From IMG/VR virus record IMGVR_UViG_3300033067_001965, positions 1-45,673 of that record: a stretch of DNA of 45,673 nucleotides, one strand, 5' to 3'. The notes under the pieces are model-generated. The model worked only from the letters and a program-made list of their open reading frames with translations. It was not told where the DNA came from and made no database searches. This DNA comes from a virus. Taxonomy: Duplodnaviria > Caudoviricetes. This document shows positions 26,768 to 36,257 of the stretch, piece by piece. Position numbers and translations under genes: made by a program. Numbering within the stretch: position 1 is the stretch's first letter; each line of letters begins with the position of its first letter.

Positions 26768-29316
26768 AGCCCTAGATCCATGAAGAATTTTGATGCGTTC
26801 GGGAACTTCTGGGCAACGTCCTGCGGGTTCGCTTCCGGGTCGTATACCAGACGGCAGAACTCAGCGAATCCCTCTTTTGGATTCGTCCTGGCGTAGCTGG
26901 ATAATGGCGACTCTGGAGTGTCGATATCCATAGCATTCGCCATCGACCATTCATGAGACATTGATAGCTCATGATTTGGCCCGTCTATGGCGTGCCCTAG
27001 CTCGTGCGCGTAAACCCCAGTTGAGTCGGGGTCATCATTTCCATCTAGAACTAACTCGCCAGCGCCGGGATTCCAGAAACCGCTAATCGTTGCCGCGCCG
27101 GACCATACTCGGGCTATCAAATCCCCGTGCGTTGGGTCAACACCAACAGCTTGAGCCAGGGCTACAAACTCGTCTCCAACCTCACTGTAATCGGTCTTGA
27201 AGTTGAACGATTTTACATTTTGTGCGATCCTATCGACGGCAGCAGACGGCATCTTGTGCATTGCCTGCCTGATACTCTGCCTCATGTTCCTTGCAGTAGC
27301 ATGGTCAATCCCGGCCGATTGCATCTGTGCATCCGCAAACGAAGCAACCTGATCGTGGGCCGGCGTCCTGCCTTTATTCATCTTAGGATAAGACTGAGAA
27401 GTCTTTGCGGATCGTGCCGATCCTGATTTCTGGGATCTATTCTCCCGCGTCTTTGCGACTCGGTTTGCCGGTCTGCCTGACGGATTACCGGCAGCTTGGG
27501 CGCGAGATTTCGGTTGCCATCCAATCGGTACACTTCCGCCTTGACCCTTTGGGGCAAACCACCCAGCGTTACTAGGATGCCCCCGTGGATGCTTGCTTGC
27601 GTCCCATGCGTACCAATTCAAACCATCGAAGTAACTAATCATCCCGGTTTGGGATCTGTGGAACATTGTTGGCCCGCGCCCGCGCGGGCGCTGTGGCACT
27701 CGGTTCATTGTTGGATTGTTATTGTGGCTACCAATACCCGGCCTCGCTGGTAGCTGCGGACGTTGCATCCGAGTAGATGGCCCACCCATGCCTTGCCCTG
27801 GCTGCGGACCACCGGGAGCGCCGCCCATTCCCCCCATACCAGGAGCGCCACCCATTCCAGGAGCGCCACCCGGAGGCATCACCGGTTGAAGTCCCAGAAC
27901 CTCATCACCCGGTTCCGGTCGCGAGTATCCGCCCGCTTCGCGGAACTCGTCTGCCTTGATGGGGCAACCGGCCTGGATGAGCTTTACCCCGGCCTCAACC
28001 TTCTTTGTCTTCTCCGGGTCTGGGAGCAACGACTTGAACCGAACGGGGAAATCGGCCCAGGGATAGTTGTACTTCTTGACGACTGATAGGTAGTCGTCGG
28101 TCATTGTCGAGTCGAGCGCGCCCGCCGACGCCACAAGGATTTCGTCCTTGGTGGCCATCGCCATAGCCACCCGCCCCGAGTCGCCAAGTCCGCCCTTGGT
28201 GTCTCCCCCGTCGCCCATCACTTGGCCCGTGATGAGTACCTTGATGTGGCGGTCAAAGTAGTTGCTAACGAGTTCATGCAGCGCCTTAAGCCCGCTCTCA
28301 TTCATCTTGATTTGTTCGACGGGGGGATAGTTGCTCCCCTTCTGGCGCGGGCAAAGGATCACGGCTTTGCCGATGACCCGGTTGGCGTTAATGGTCTGTT
28401 GCTTGAAGTCCGCGTTATTGCCGCTCTCATAATTGAAAACGAGCAAATCCATTTGCCCAACCGACTGCATGTAGGCGAGCATCCAGGTAAGCGCGTCGGT
28501 GCGGATGGCGTATTGCCAGTAGACCAGACCCCGCAAGCCAAGACCCTGGACACTACCGGCAAGCTCACCCTCGAAAAAGTCGGCCTTCTGGATGAGCCAT
28601 TGGTGAATGGCGTAGCGATCCCTCCAGAACGGCTTTTGCAACACCAGCGCCATGCCGCCCCGGTCAGTGGCCCGAATGTCTCCCTCTGGCCCGACCGAAG
28701 CGCCGTGCTGGGCGTACCAACCGGCCGTTGCCGAGTCAATAAGGATTGCGGGAACTCCGTCAAAGGTGAACTGGATGGAATCGCCGTGTACCGGTGTCCA
28801 CTCCTTCCCGATTGCCCAGGCTCCGCCGATTTCCTTGTCTCGCTTGAGCCGCCACTGAACACCGCCACGACCCCACCACTCGCCCATGAGGAGCGCCCTG
28901 CGAAACTGGTCGAATCGCTTGATTCGCTGTGTGATCTTGGTGAGACCGTCAAGGACTTGCTTTTGGTGCGGGTCTTGCGGGTTATCAACTTCAAGCTGCC
29001 ACTTGCGGTTGATCGTCGGCGTCCATCGCTCCTCAAGTTGCCCCAGGATGAAGCCGTCGCGCAGCATGCTACGCGCGTTCTGGATGCTGTCCCGCATCGC
29101 TTCATCAAAGCGATACGAATATACTCGGGTAACCGCGTTCACGACTTGGGAGAAGTCCCGCGCCGGGGGGACGAGGAAGCCGTCTTTACCCAGGATCGGC
29201 GTACCGTCAGGGAGCCGCATTTGCGTCGGCGGAACCTGGAGGGGTTGACCCGGCCTGTGAACCTGGAAGCCCTGTAGGTCGCCAGGGTTGTACATGCTAT
29301 CGTTCCAAGCTGGCAT
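26755..29316 (-). CDS. Portal protein (Mu gp29/DUF935-like) fused to a C-terminal HExxH zinc metallopeptidase domain
   Basis: G.GLR..VYW and IKVLITGQ portal motifs, a G/P/M linker, then YAHELGHAID...SSYARTNPKEGFAE. Confidence 0.8.
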   Translation of the reverse strand: MPAWNDSMYNPGDLQGFQVHRPGQPLQVPPTQMRLPDGTPILGKDGFLVPPARDFSQVVNAVTRVYSYRFDEAMRDSIQNARSMLRDGFILGQLEERWTPTINRKWQLEVDNPQDPHQKQVLDGLTKITQRIKRFDQFRRALLMGEWWGRGGVQWRLKRDKEIGGAWAIGKEWTPVHGDSIQFTFDGVPAILIDSATAGWYAQHGASVGPEGDIRATDRGGMALVLQKPFWRDRYAIHQWLIQKADFFEGELAGSVQGLGLRGLVYWQYAIRTDALTWMLAYMQSVGQMDLLVFNYESGNNADFKQQTINANRVIGKAVILCPRQKGSNYPPVEQIKMNESGLKALHELVSNYFDRHIKVLITGQVMGDGGDTKGGLGDSGRVAMAMATKDEILVASAGALDSTMTDDYLSVVKKYNYPWADFPVRFKSLLPDPEKTKKVEAGVKLIQAGCPIKADEFREAGGYSRPEPGDEVLGLQPVMPPGGAPGMGGAPGMGGMGGAPGGPQPGQGMGGPSTRMQRPQLPARPGIGSHNNNPTMNRVPQRPRGRGPTMFHRSQTGMISYFDGLNWYAWDASKHPRGHPSNAGWFAPKGQGGSVPIGWQPKSRAQAAGNPSGRPANRVAKTRENRSQKSGSARSAKTSQSYPKMNKGRTPAHDQVASFADAQMQSAGIDHATARNMRQSIRQAMHKMPSAAVDRIAQNVKSFNFKTDYSEVGDEFVALAQAVGVDPTHGDLIARVWSGAATISGFWNPGAGELVLDGNDDPDSTGVYAHELGHAIDGPNHELSMSHEWSMANAMDIDTPESPLSSYARTNPKEGFAEFCRLVYDPEANPQDVAQKFPNASKFFMDLGLWPS

Positions 29317-29377
29317 TGTCTAACCCCTGTTGAAGTGCTGCCGCGCCCGCGCGGGCGCGGCAGGTGTGCGTTTTCGC

Positions 29378-29857
29378 TCAGTTCTTTGACTTGCGCTCAA
29401 CCACTGTTGCCGACGCGGGCGGCTTCTCCGGCGCTGCGGGGAGCGGCGCGGGCGGATCGGCAACCGTGCCAGGAAGGTGGCCCGCAAGGTGCCGAAGGTT
29501 CTCGGGTAGCTCCGCAGCCGTCTTGGGTTTTCGGGCCTGGGGCAATGGCGGTTCAACGTAGCGAGTCACGTCCGATTGTTGCTGCTGTTGGGGCAGGACA
29601 ATGACGGCATCCGGGCTAATCCCGGAAGCTGCCGCCTGGAGGATACCGGCCGCGTAGTTGATGTGCCACCCCGCGTTTGACGGAGGGGCCATCGGCGTGA
29701 TACCCGAGAACGCCAGTGCCAGTTGACGCAAGCCAACCGCGACATTAAGGCACTCTTGCGCCAGTTGCGCCGGATCGGTCAAGTCCAGCCCTGGGGAGCC
29801 GATGGCCCCAGGGCTATTGCGCGGTGGCGTCTGCGGGAGACTGTGGTTTGGTTGCAT
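29378..29857 (-). CDS. Hypothetical Pro-rich protein
   Basis: ATG with an AAGGAG RBS. Confidence 0.6.
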   Translation of the reverse strand: MQPNHSLPQTPPRNSPGAIGSPGLDLTDPAQLAQECLNVAVGLRQLALAFSGITPMAPPSNAGWHINYAAGILQAAASGISPDAVIVLPQQQQQSDVTRYVEPPLPQARKPKTAAELPENLRHLAGHLPGTVADPPAPLPAAPEKPPASATVVERKSKN

Positions 29858-30443
29858 GTAATGACTCCTTCCCGGCAAGGTTACCCACGGGCGCGCCGGG
29901 CCGCTCCCCGAGAGGTTCAAGCATGTTGCCAGCGCTCTGGAGGGCGCTGGCAACAAATGCCACTTGGTTCGGCTTCAAGGTGACGCGGCCGTTCTGGAAC
30001 CGCGCCAGGTACGCGCCGAGATCTCGGCAGTCGTTCGAGACGGACGCCACTTGACGCATCGTGAACTTGCCAGCCGTCAGCACTTCGCGTTCGGGCGGCT
30101 CGAATGCCGGAAGCTCGCGGCCGTTGTGTTCACTCTGGTTACCGGTGATGACCGCGCCCATGAGCGCGGACTCGTCACGGGCTGGCGGTTCGCTACTCGC
30201 CGGTCGCTGTTCGTGTGCGACCAAAACACGCTCCCAGGCATCCCCCGTCCACTTGAACATATGCATACGAATGATGTTCAAGCCAGCGTTGACGATGGAC
30301 GCCAGGACGTTTCGGAACGTGTTCTCATCCGCGCCGTAGCTCTTACCGTCGTCAGTGTAAATCGACCATGCGGCAGACCCAACCTTGGGTTGTTCGGCCC
30401 CCAGTGTGCTGGGGTGTTCGTGGGCGTTCTTGGGATCGTTCAT
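29814..30443 (-). CDS. Hypothetical protein
   Basis: 209-aa ORF with an AAGGAG RBS. Confidence 0.65.
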   Translation of the reverse strand: MNDPKNAHEHPSTLGAEQPKVGSAAWSIYTDDGKSYGADENTFRNVLASIVNAGLNIIRMHMFKWTGDAWERVLVAHEQRPASSEPPARDESALMGAVITGNQSEHNGRELPAFEPPEREVLTAGKFTMRQVASVSNDCRDLGAYLARFQNGRVTLKPNQVAFVASALQSAGNMLEPLGERPGAPVGNLAGKESLHATKPQSPADATAQ

Positions 30444-30504
30444 GTGATGACTCCTTGAATGTGGCCAAGCCGCGCCCGCGCGGGCGCGGCGTTTGGGGGA
30501 TATT

Positions 30505-32559
30505 TTACTCTAGCCTGATTCCCGTGGCAATATCAGTGTCGCGGATTGTGTGCAAACGCACGTTAGATTCGCGGTTGTCCATCTGACGGGTAACCCATTC
30601 GTCTGACAGGATCTTGAGCGTACAGTGCGTGTCATCAACCCCGAGCGCGAGTAGCCACTGACCGGCAGCGTACACGGCACCACCCGGCCACACCACCCCG
30701 TTCTTAATCACCTTCTCCCCCGGTCCTGGGGCGGTTGGCCAGATGATCGGCACGGGGGTTTGACGGATGACACGGTAGGGCTTCCGCTCCTCGAAATCCA
30801 GCGCGCCAACCGTGTAGATATTTCCCGAATTCTTTTTCAAGCATCCGTGAAAGAACATGCGGAAATATCCGTCACGGCGAACCGGACAGGCTCCGCCACG
30901 GATGACGCCACCCGCCCAGGGGAGCGGGTTCGGGGTCTTGTGGACATCGGGGCCATCGAACACGATGTGAGACGGAGACCACTGGTATCCAATCTTAATT
31001 GCAGTGTCAACCGAATCGTCCCAACTCACGAACGGCATCCAGTTTTTTTCGTAGGCGCTACCCACTGGCGACTTGTATACCTGTGTCGCTTCGATGCGCT
31101 TGAGATCCCGCGAGAACATCACCATGCCCATTGATACCGTCTTCGCGGGGTAGCCGTTGGGGATGGAGACCATTGCGGCCAACCGCCACTCAACAACCTT
31201 CTCCCCGCTGGCGATGTCGTCAACCACGAACGGCGCGTAGAACGCTCGCGGGTCTTCCATGCGAGTGACTTCCGTCATGTTCGATCCACACGAGCTAATC
31301 GGCCGCACGCTCCACGTACCTTCCCAGTCTTTCGGGTCAAGTGTCGCGCCCGCGCGGGCGCTGTTCTTGAGTTCCCACACACCAATCTTGGAGTGTCCCC
31401 AGCCGTCACGGGTCAAGAGAATGAGACTGTCTCCAACGCGACAGATTGACGGGTTGAAATGCCCTTCCGGGAGCGGCAAGCGGTCCCGGGGCTGCGGGCT
31501 GGCCGGTAGCGCGTTACGCTCCGTGCAAAACTTGCAGTCGATCACGGGGAATCCGCTTACGGCCGTGTTCGCCTTGTCCGGTACGTCCCGGTGGTGGCAC
31601 AGCGCGCCGTACCTCCCGCACATGGACGTTGGAATGTTGCGCCCGCTCGGCCCGTGTACGGCAACCTCTTGCGTGATCTCACCCCGGTACATGCAGCCGT
31701 AGGGGTCAAGCACGGAGAGCGTAGCTTGCGCGTCCTTCCACTGCTGTTCCGGGTCTTGGCTTCCCGTGCGGGCGCTGGCAAGCTCGCTTTCGGTGGCCGC
31801 AAGTCCTGGAGTCGTTGGCCTGGGTGCGTCGGAAACGTCGATACAGGACGGTTCCCATTCGGGCTTGCCACTGTCGGAAAGCCCGTCAGCGTATGCGTAG
31901 GTGCGCTGTCGGACGAGTGACGGCAGGTACGCGCCCCATTTGATGATACCCGGCCGTAGCACACGCTCGAATAGCTGTTGATCCATGTTTTTTTCGGCCA
32001 CGGTCATACAGTTGGACATTGCCCACAGTCCCGACGATCCGCGCCGGAGGTTGAGAGCGTAAGCGTGCGTGCCGAACGGGTAGTCAAGGTGGCAATACGG
32101 GCTGTCCGGACCACCGACGCGACCGCTGACTTTGTTCCAAACCGCCGGTTCTTGCTCGGCAAGACCCAGGAAGAGAAGATCCCAGTTCTTCTGCCGCTCC
32201 GTGAATCCGTCGATGATGTCACACACCCGATTTGCGTAGTCGCTCGGCAAGCTCACGTCATCCTCGAACACGATCACCACGTCTGAGCCGTGGCTGATAT
32301 TCTTCTGTTCCTCCAGCAAGTGTTGCCAGAGCGCCCAGTGGGTCATGTTGAGCGCGACGTGTCCCGGTTCGATCCGTTTCCCCGCGTCGTATTCCTTGGT
32401 GGTCTCAATGCCCCAAGTTTTGCCGTGGAACGCTCGCCAGAACCGCCAGTCGAGAACGTACTTGCCCAGTGGTGTCGAGTCGCGAACCGCGTTCAAATGC
32501 TCGGCACACTTTACCTTGCGGTCGGGTAGCTCGTCACAGGCAATTACATAGTGTCGCAT
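30505..32559 (-). CDS. GT25-like glycosyltransferase fused to a Cys-rich linker and a GH130-like beta-propeller
   Basis: H..LW..L, VIVFEDDV, WDLLFLG and GTHAYAL, followed by FNPSI, EDPR, EKNWMPF, IRGG and VVWPGGA. Confidence 0.8.
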   Translation of the reverse strand: MRHYVIACDELPDRKVKCAEHLNAVRDSTPLGKYVLDWRFWRAFHGKTWGIETTKEYDAGKRIEPGHVALNMTHWALWQHLLEEQKNISHGSDVVIVFEDDVSLPSDYANRVCDIIDGFTERQKNWDLLFLGLAEQEPAVWNKVSGRVGGPDSPYCHLDYPFGTHAYALNLRRGSSGLWAMSNCMTVAEKNMDQQLFERVLRPGIIKWGAYLPSLVRQRTYAYADGLSDSGKPEWEPSCIDVSDAPRPTTPGLAATESELASARTGSQDPEQQWKDAQATLSVLDPYGCMYRGEITQEVAVHGPSGRNIPTSMCGRYGALCHHRDVPDKANTAVSGFPVIDCKFCTERNALPASPQPRDRLPLPEGHFNPSICRVGDSLILLTRDGWGHSKIGVWELKNSARAGATLDPKDWEGTWSVRPISSCGSNMTEVTRMEDPRAFYAPFVVDDIASGEKVVEWRLAAMVSIPNGYPAKTVSMGMVMFSRDLKRIEATQVYKSPVGSAYEKNWMPFVSWDDSVDTAIKIGYQWSPSHIVFDGPDVHKTPNPLPWAGGVIRGGACPVRRDGYFRMFFHGCLKKNSGNIYTVGALDFEERKPYRVIRQTPVPIIWPTAPGPGEKVIKNGVVWPGGAVYAAGQWLLALGVDDTHCTLKILSDEWVTRQMDNRESNVRLHTIRDTDIATGIRLE

Positions 32560-32579
32560 TAGATAGACTCCGGTTAGTG

Positions 32580-35051
32580 TTACAGTGGCTTTCGCGCCCG
32601 CGCGGGCGCTGGTACTCTCTCGGGTGTTTGACTGCCAACCGCCCATGATGTACGGCTTGACGTGTCCCCCAGTACGGCCGTCATCATGGTGGTTGATTTG
32701 TAGTGTGAGATTACGAATGCGTCGGCGTCGTCTGGGCTGCGCCGCAACCGCTTCTTGAAGTCCTTCTTGCTCTCTACGCGGGTACGGCCAACAAGAACCT
32801 GATAGCTCGGGGCAAGTAGCTGGAAGCGGAGGCGCGTGAGAACGTCTCCGCTGAGGCGCGAAACGTCAATGCATCCGCACCGCGCCAAGTCGCGGGCGTT
32901 GAACCACATCTCTGAGCGCCGGTCGGTGTAGTGCTGGGGATCGTCGGCGCGCTCGCTGACGATTAGACCCATCCAGTTCCACCCGTCGTTGAGTGAGTAC
33001 ACACCAACCCCAGGCCCGTCCATTTCGATGATCGTTAGCACTTCCTCCGGCCGAAGCGGTGGCCGGTCATCGGTGGCCAGGGAGTTGTAGTATTGTGCGT
33101 AGGTCTCGGACAACATGCGGATGTGTTCGGCGGTGCGATTGGGTAGCCAACCGTTCCGGTACTCATGGTGTACGGAGACTCCCCCGATGCGAACATGAAA
33201 GCAACTGTCATCGTCACCATAGGTAGCGACATCAACCCCGATGGTGACTCCGCTCCCGCGCTGCCACTCGGCATAGAGGTTTCCCCGTGGGTTGGTCATT
33301 GCGGCCCATTCAAGTTCGCTGAAGATGGTATCTACGCCCGACGTTGGGCGTAGACCCATCGCGCGGCACTTGAACAGCGGCCCCGGTCTTATCCAGGTTC
33401 CTCCCCCAATGTACCCGCTTCCGTGACAGCGCGGACAAGGGCAATCCCCGGACAGTGCTGGTACGCCTCCGGCATGTCCTTGCTCTCCACTCGGACAATC
33501 AGTTTCGGGTTGAACCCGTCCAGCATCAGCCGTTCCATCTTGCACAGCGCCGATGAAAGATTGCTCACTTCCTCCGCGATCCCCGCTTGCTTGCTCTGTA
33601 CCCGGTAGCCCTTGACGTTCTCCACTCGGGGGAACCAGTTCATTGTCGCTTCCGTTTGCATCGTCCACAGCCGAAACGGAACGTACCGGCTCATCATGTG
33701 GGCGCACGATACCCGGAACTCCTGGAGATCCGCCGATTCCCAGACCTGGAGTTCCCCCGCCCGATCCTCCCACTCGAATCGGCAGGGCTGAATCTGGTAG
33801 GTCTTGACCGGGTTGACCGCTTCCAGGGACATCGGCCCTGGGAAGTGTTGCACCACCCCGTTGAGACAGTCCTCCGCGCTGATGTGCTTCTCGGTCAGCA
33901 TCTCCGCGAATCGCTTCGTTACGTCCATCATGGACATTTGGAACTTGGTCGCAAAGTGATACCAGTGGAGTTTCCAGGTTCTCGCGTGGACGAATGTCAT
34001 CGTGTGGAGGAACCCGCGCCGACAGGATTCCTCCGTCTTCGGCGCTTGGCCTTCCGCCTTCAGCCACTTTTTCAACCGGTCTTTCTCGCTCATGATCCCG
34101 TTCCTTCTCTCTGGGTGTTGAGGCGTCAGCCTCAGTGATGGATTGGGGGTCTCCCCCAATCCCCGCGCCCGCGCGGGCGCAGTCAGGGCACTCTAGACGC
34201 GGAGGAAATTCCACGTCTGATTCCAGGCGGTCTGCCGCGTGGGGAACCGGTGTAGTCCAGTCCTGTACCCACTGCCGAACCATCGGCAGCGTAACGGCCG
34301 ATGGGATGGGCGCAGGTTTCCCAAGTAGCTGCGCCCGGATGTTTGGATGGTTGAGTGAAGATAGCGTGTGTAGCTTCCACTTGGGGCTACCGTCCGGGTT
34401 ACAGGCTAGATCCTCAATGTAGCTCTGTGAGGATGTGGTTAGCGGGTTGCCGACGACAAGGACCGCGTGCCCTTGGTCCGGCTGGTACATCGTATCTAAG
34501 CTTGTCCAATAGTGCGAGTCTATGCCCTCGGATTCATCGAAGACAAAAAGCATGTACGCGCGGTGGCGACCGTGAAAACTTTCGCTTTTGCGCGCCGTGT
34601 ACCCCTTTGCCCAGTGTTCGGGGCTGGAGTACATCTCTGGCGCTCGCGGGCCAGAGAAATTACTCGGCAGGTTCGCGCGGATGCGTTGGAGCCGTATTTC
34701 CGTCCACAGCAAGTCTATCACGTCCCGTTCCGTGGGCGCGGTGGTGATGATAACCCCAGGGTCTCGGGTATCCCACCACCAGTTGACGATTGCCGCGCAG
34801 ACGGACGTTTTGCCGACACTGTGGCCGCTGTTCACCTTGACGCGGCCCGGCATGTCTGCCGCGATCTTGGCTTGATCCTCCGTAAGCGTCATCTTGAGTA
34901 CATTGGCAATGTAACCAAGGGGATCATCCCGGTACACTTTGGCGATGTCGTCCGACTGGGGCCTTGTGACGTATTCGGCAATGGCGCGGAGCGGCAGCCG
35001 CTTCCGCAGCGCCCTGGCAATCGCCCGTGCAAGCCCGTTACTCTCGCCCAT
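32580..35051 (-). CDS. terL: Terminase large subunit with an ~265-aa insertion
   Basis: Walker A SGHSVGKT, Walker B FVFDESE, coupling motif VGNP, and nuclease motifs IGVDVATYGDD and SPDDADA. Confidence 0.92.
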   Translation of the reverse strand: MGESNGLARAIARALRKRLPLRAIAEYVTRPQSDDIAKVYRDDPLGYIANVLKMTLTEDQAKIAADMPGRVKVNSGHSVGKTSVCAAIVNWWWDTRDPGVIITTAPTERDVIDLLWTEIRLQRIRANLPSNFSGPRAPEMYSSPEHWAKGYTARKSESFHGRHRAYMLFVFDESEGIDSHYWTSLDTMYQPDQGHAVLVVGNPLTTSSQSYIEDLACNPDGSPKWKLHTLSSLNHPNIRAQLLGKPAPIPSAVTLPMVRQWVQDWTTPVPHAADRLESDVEFPPRLECPDCARAGAGIGGDPQSITEADASTPREKERDHERERPVEKVAEGGRPSAEDGGILSARVPPHDDIRPRENLETPLVSLCDQVPNVHDGRNEAIRGDADREAHQRGGLSQRGGATLPRADVPGSGQPGQDLPDSALPIRVGGSGGGTPGLGIGGSPGVPGIVRPHDEPVRSVSAVDDANGSDNELVPPSGERQGLPGTEQASGDRGGSEQSFIGAVQDGTADAGRVQPETDCPSGEQGHAGGVPALSGDCPCPRCHGSGYIGGGTWIRPGPLFKCRAMGLRPTSGVDTIFSELEWAAMTNPRGNLYAEWQRGSGVTIGVDVATYGDDDSCFHVRIGGVSVHHEYRNGWLPNRTAEHIRMLSETYAQYYNSLATDDRPPLRPEEVLTIIEMDGPGVGVYSLNDGWNWMGLIVSERADDPQHYTDRRSEMWFNARDLARCGCIDVSRLSGDVLTRLRFQLLAPSYQVLVGRTRVESKKDFKKRLRRSPDDADAFVISHYKSTTMMTAVLGDTSSRTSWAVGSQTPERVPAPARARKPL
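33389..34093 (-). CDS. Nested 234-aa protein in an alternative frame inside terL
   Basis: AGAAGGA RBS plus ATG. Globular-protein composition, whereas the terL frame here is low-complexity. Confidence 0.65.
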   Translation of the reverse strand: MSEKDRLKKWLKAEGQAPKTEESCRRGFLHTMTFVHARTWKLHWYHFATKFQMSMMDVTKRFAEMLTEKHISAEDCLNGVVQHFPGPMSLEAVNPVKTYQIQPCRFEWEDRAGELQVWESADLQEFRVSCAHMMSRYVPFRLWTMQTEATMNWFPRVENVKGYRVQSKQAGIAEEVSNLSSALCKMERLMLDGFNPKLIVRVESKDMPEAYQHCPGIALVRAVTEAGTLGEEPG

Positions 35052-35052
35052 A

Positions 35053-35421
35053 TCAGAGCGCCCGCGCGGGCGCTTCCTCTGTCGTTCGTTTGACCCGGTT
35101 ATTGATTCCCCGTAACCCGAGCTTGGAGATCTTGACCAGCACGGCTTTCGGGGTTCGGTTCAGGGCGCGGGCAATCAGGCACACTTTGACTTTGCCCACG
35201 TTCTGACGCATGTACTCCGTCTCCTGCGCCGTCCATCTCCTTTGCGTGAGCTTGATCTCGTGTCGCCTGCGCGCGTGATGCGCCGCGTTGTAGACGGCGT
35301 TCTCGCTGGCCCCCGTTCTCCTGGCGATGTCCCTAACCAGCCTCTTGCGGTCGCATCGCCGTAAGTCGGGGTCAATCACCCCCAGGAGATCGAAGTAGTT
35401 CCGCCCGTCCCTCCAGTTCAC
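35053..35421 (-). CDS. Myb/HTH-like DNA-binding protein
   Basis: RRWTAQETEYM...IARALNRTPKAV. GTGA coupling to the upstream gene. Confidence 0.7.
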   Translation of the reverse strand: MNWRDGRNYFDLLGVIDPDLRRCDRKRLVRDIARRTGASENAVYNAAHHARRRHEIKLTQRRWTAQETEYMRQNVGKVKVCLIARALNRTPKAVLVKISKLGLRGINNRVKRTTEEAPARAL

Positions 35422-35891
35422 ACGCAAATTCTTGGTGGTAGCGGGATCTCCACTCCCACGATCCGCCACAGGTGAAGCGCCGTTGAGTGATCCCTCACAT
35501 ACTGACTCTCTGGCGGGTGGTACTGGATGACGCATTCTTCCGGCTCCCACAGAAGTTCTTTGACAAAGCACATTTCAAGCCACGTCGGACAGGTTCCGGC
35601 GCTCACGGATGCGTGTTCAAAGACCGGTGGCGGGAGTACCGTGCCTGGGGGGAAGTCCTTCCATTTCTCCTCTAGGCTCTTGAGAATCGCGGGGTTGGCT
35701 TTGGCCGCAATCGCCAAGATGTCGGCGCGGGGCTTCTCCACAGGCTCAAACCAATCCCGCCCGTCGCTTGCAATGATATTGAGCGTGCGAGACAGGACGG
35801 GGCACAGAACCTTGAAGTGTCCATACGGGCCAGTTCCGGGTTGACCGGTCACCCGGCCGCGCTCCAGAACGTCTGAGAGAACCTTACGCAT
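35418..35891 (-). CDS. Conserved phage protein of unknown function
   Basis: EHASVS..CPTW.EMCFVK...IQYHPP..Y...H..LHLW motif, which I recall as common in phages. Confidence 0.75.
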   Translation of the reverse strand: MRKVLSDVLERGRVTGQPGTGPYGHFKVLCPVLSRTLNIIASDGRDWFEPVEKPRADILAIAAKANPAILKSLEEKWKDFPPGTVLPPPVFEHASVSAGTCPTWLEMCFVKELLWEPEECVIQYHPPESQYVRDHSTALHLWRIVGVEIPLPPRICV

Positions 35892-35947
35892 GATAGACTC
35901 CAGGGGTTGGGTGAGACAGCGCCCGCGCGGGCGCTGTCCATTGATGC

Positions 35948-36190
35948 TCAAGCAATCGGCTGGATTTCCGAAAACCGCTCCGTCTCCGGGTTGAACCAAA
36001 CAACTCCAGTAACAAAGTCACCATCGTAGCTGTACCCGCCCATCGCGTAGGCGATACACCCGGACCACCCAAGCGGCGGGTTGGCATAGGCACAAGTAGA
36101 CCATGCCTTTCCCAGTGTGTAGAAGTGCGTCATGTGCATCGGGTGTGCGTCGTGATACAGCTTAACTACGCGATCTTGTGAAGCAACCAT
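35948..36190 (-). CDS. Hypothetical protein
   Basis: Preceded by AACCCCAAACGCAAGGTG. Confidence 0.65.
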   Translation of the reverse strand: MVASQDRVVKLYHDAHPMHMTHFYTLGKAWSTCAYANPPLGWSGCIAYAMGGYSYDGDFVTGVVWFNPETERFSEIQPIA

Positions 36191-36257
36191 TTTTCACCTT
36201 GCGTTTGGGGTTAGGTTGGAGGAGACAGCGCCCGCGCGGGCGCTGTCTGGGTGTTGT

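Noticed and set aside
27790-27880. Short GGAPGMG coding repeats as a separate repeat element
   Set aside because: They are explained as a low-complexity protein linker in the portal fusion.
33400-34200. terL insertion as an intein, or as a group I intron with a homing endonuclease
   Set aside because: There is no C-terminal His-Asn followed by Cys/Ser/Thr and no LAGLIDADG, HNH or GIY-YIG motif. I saw no recognisable group I core, and the terL frame is uninterrupted.
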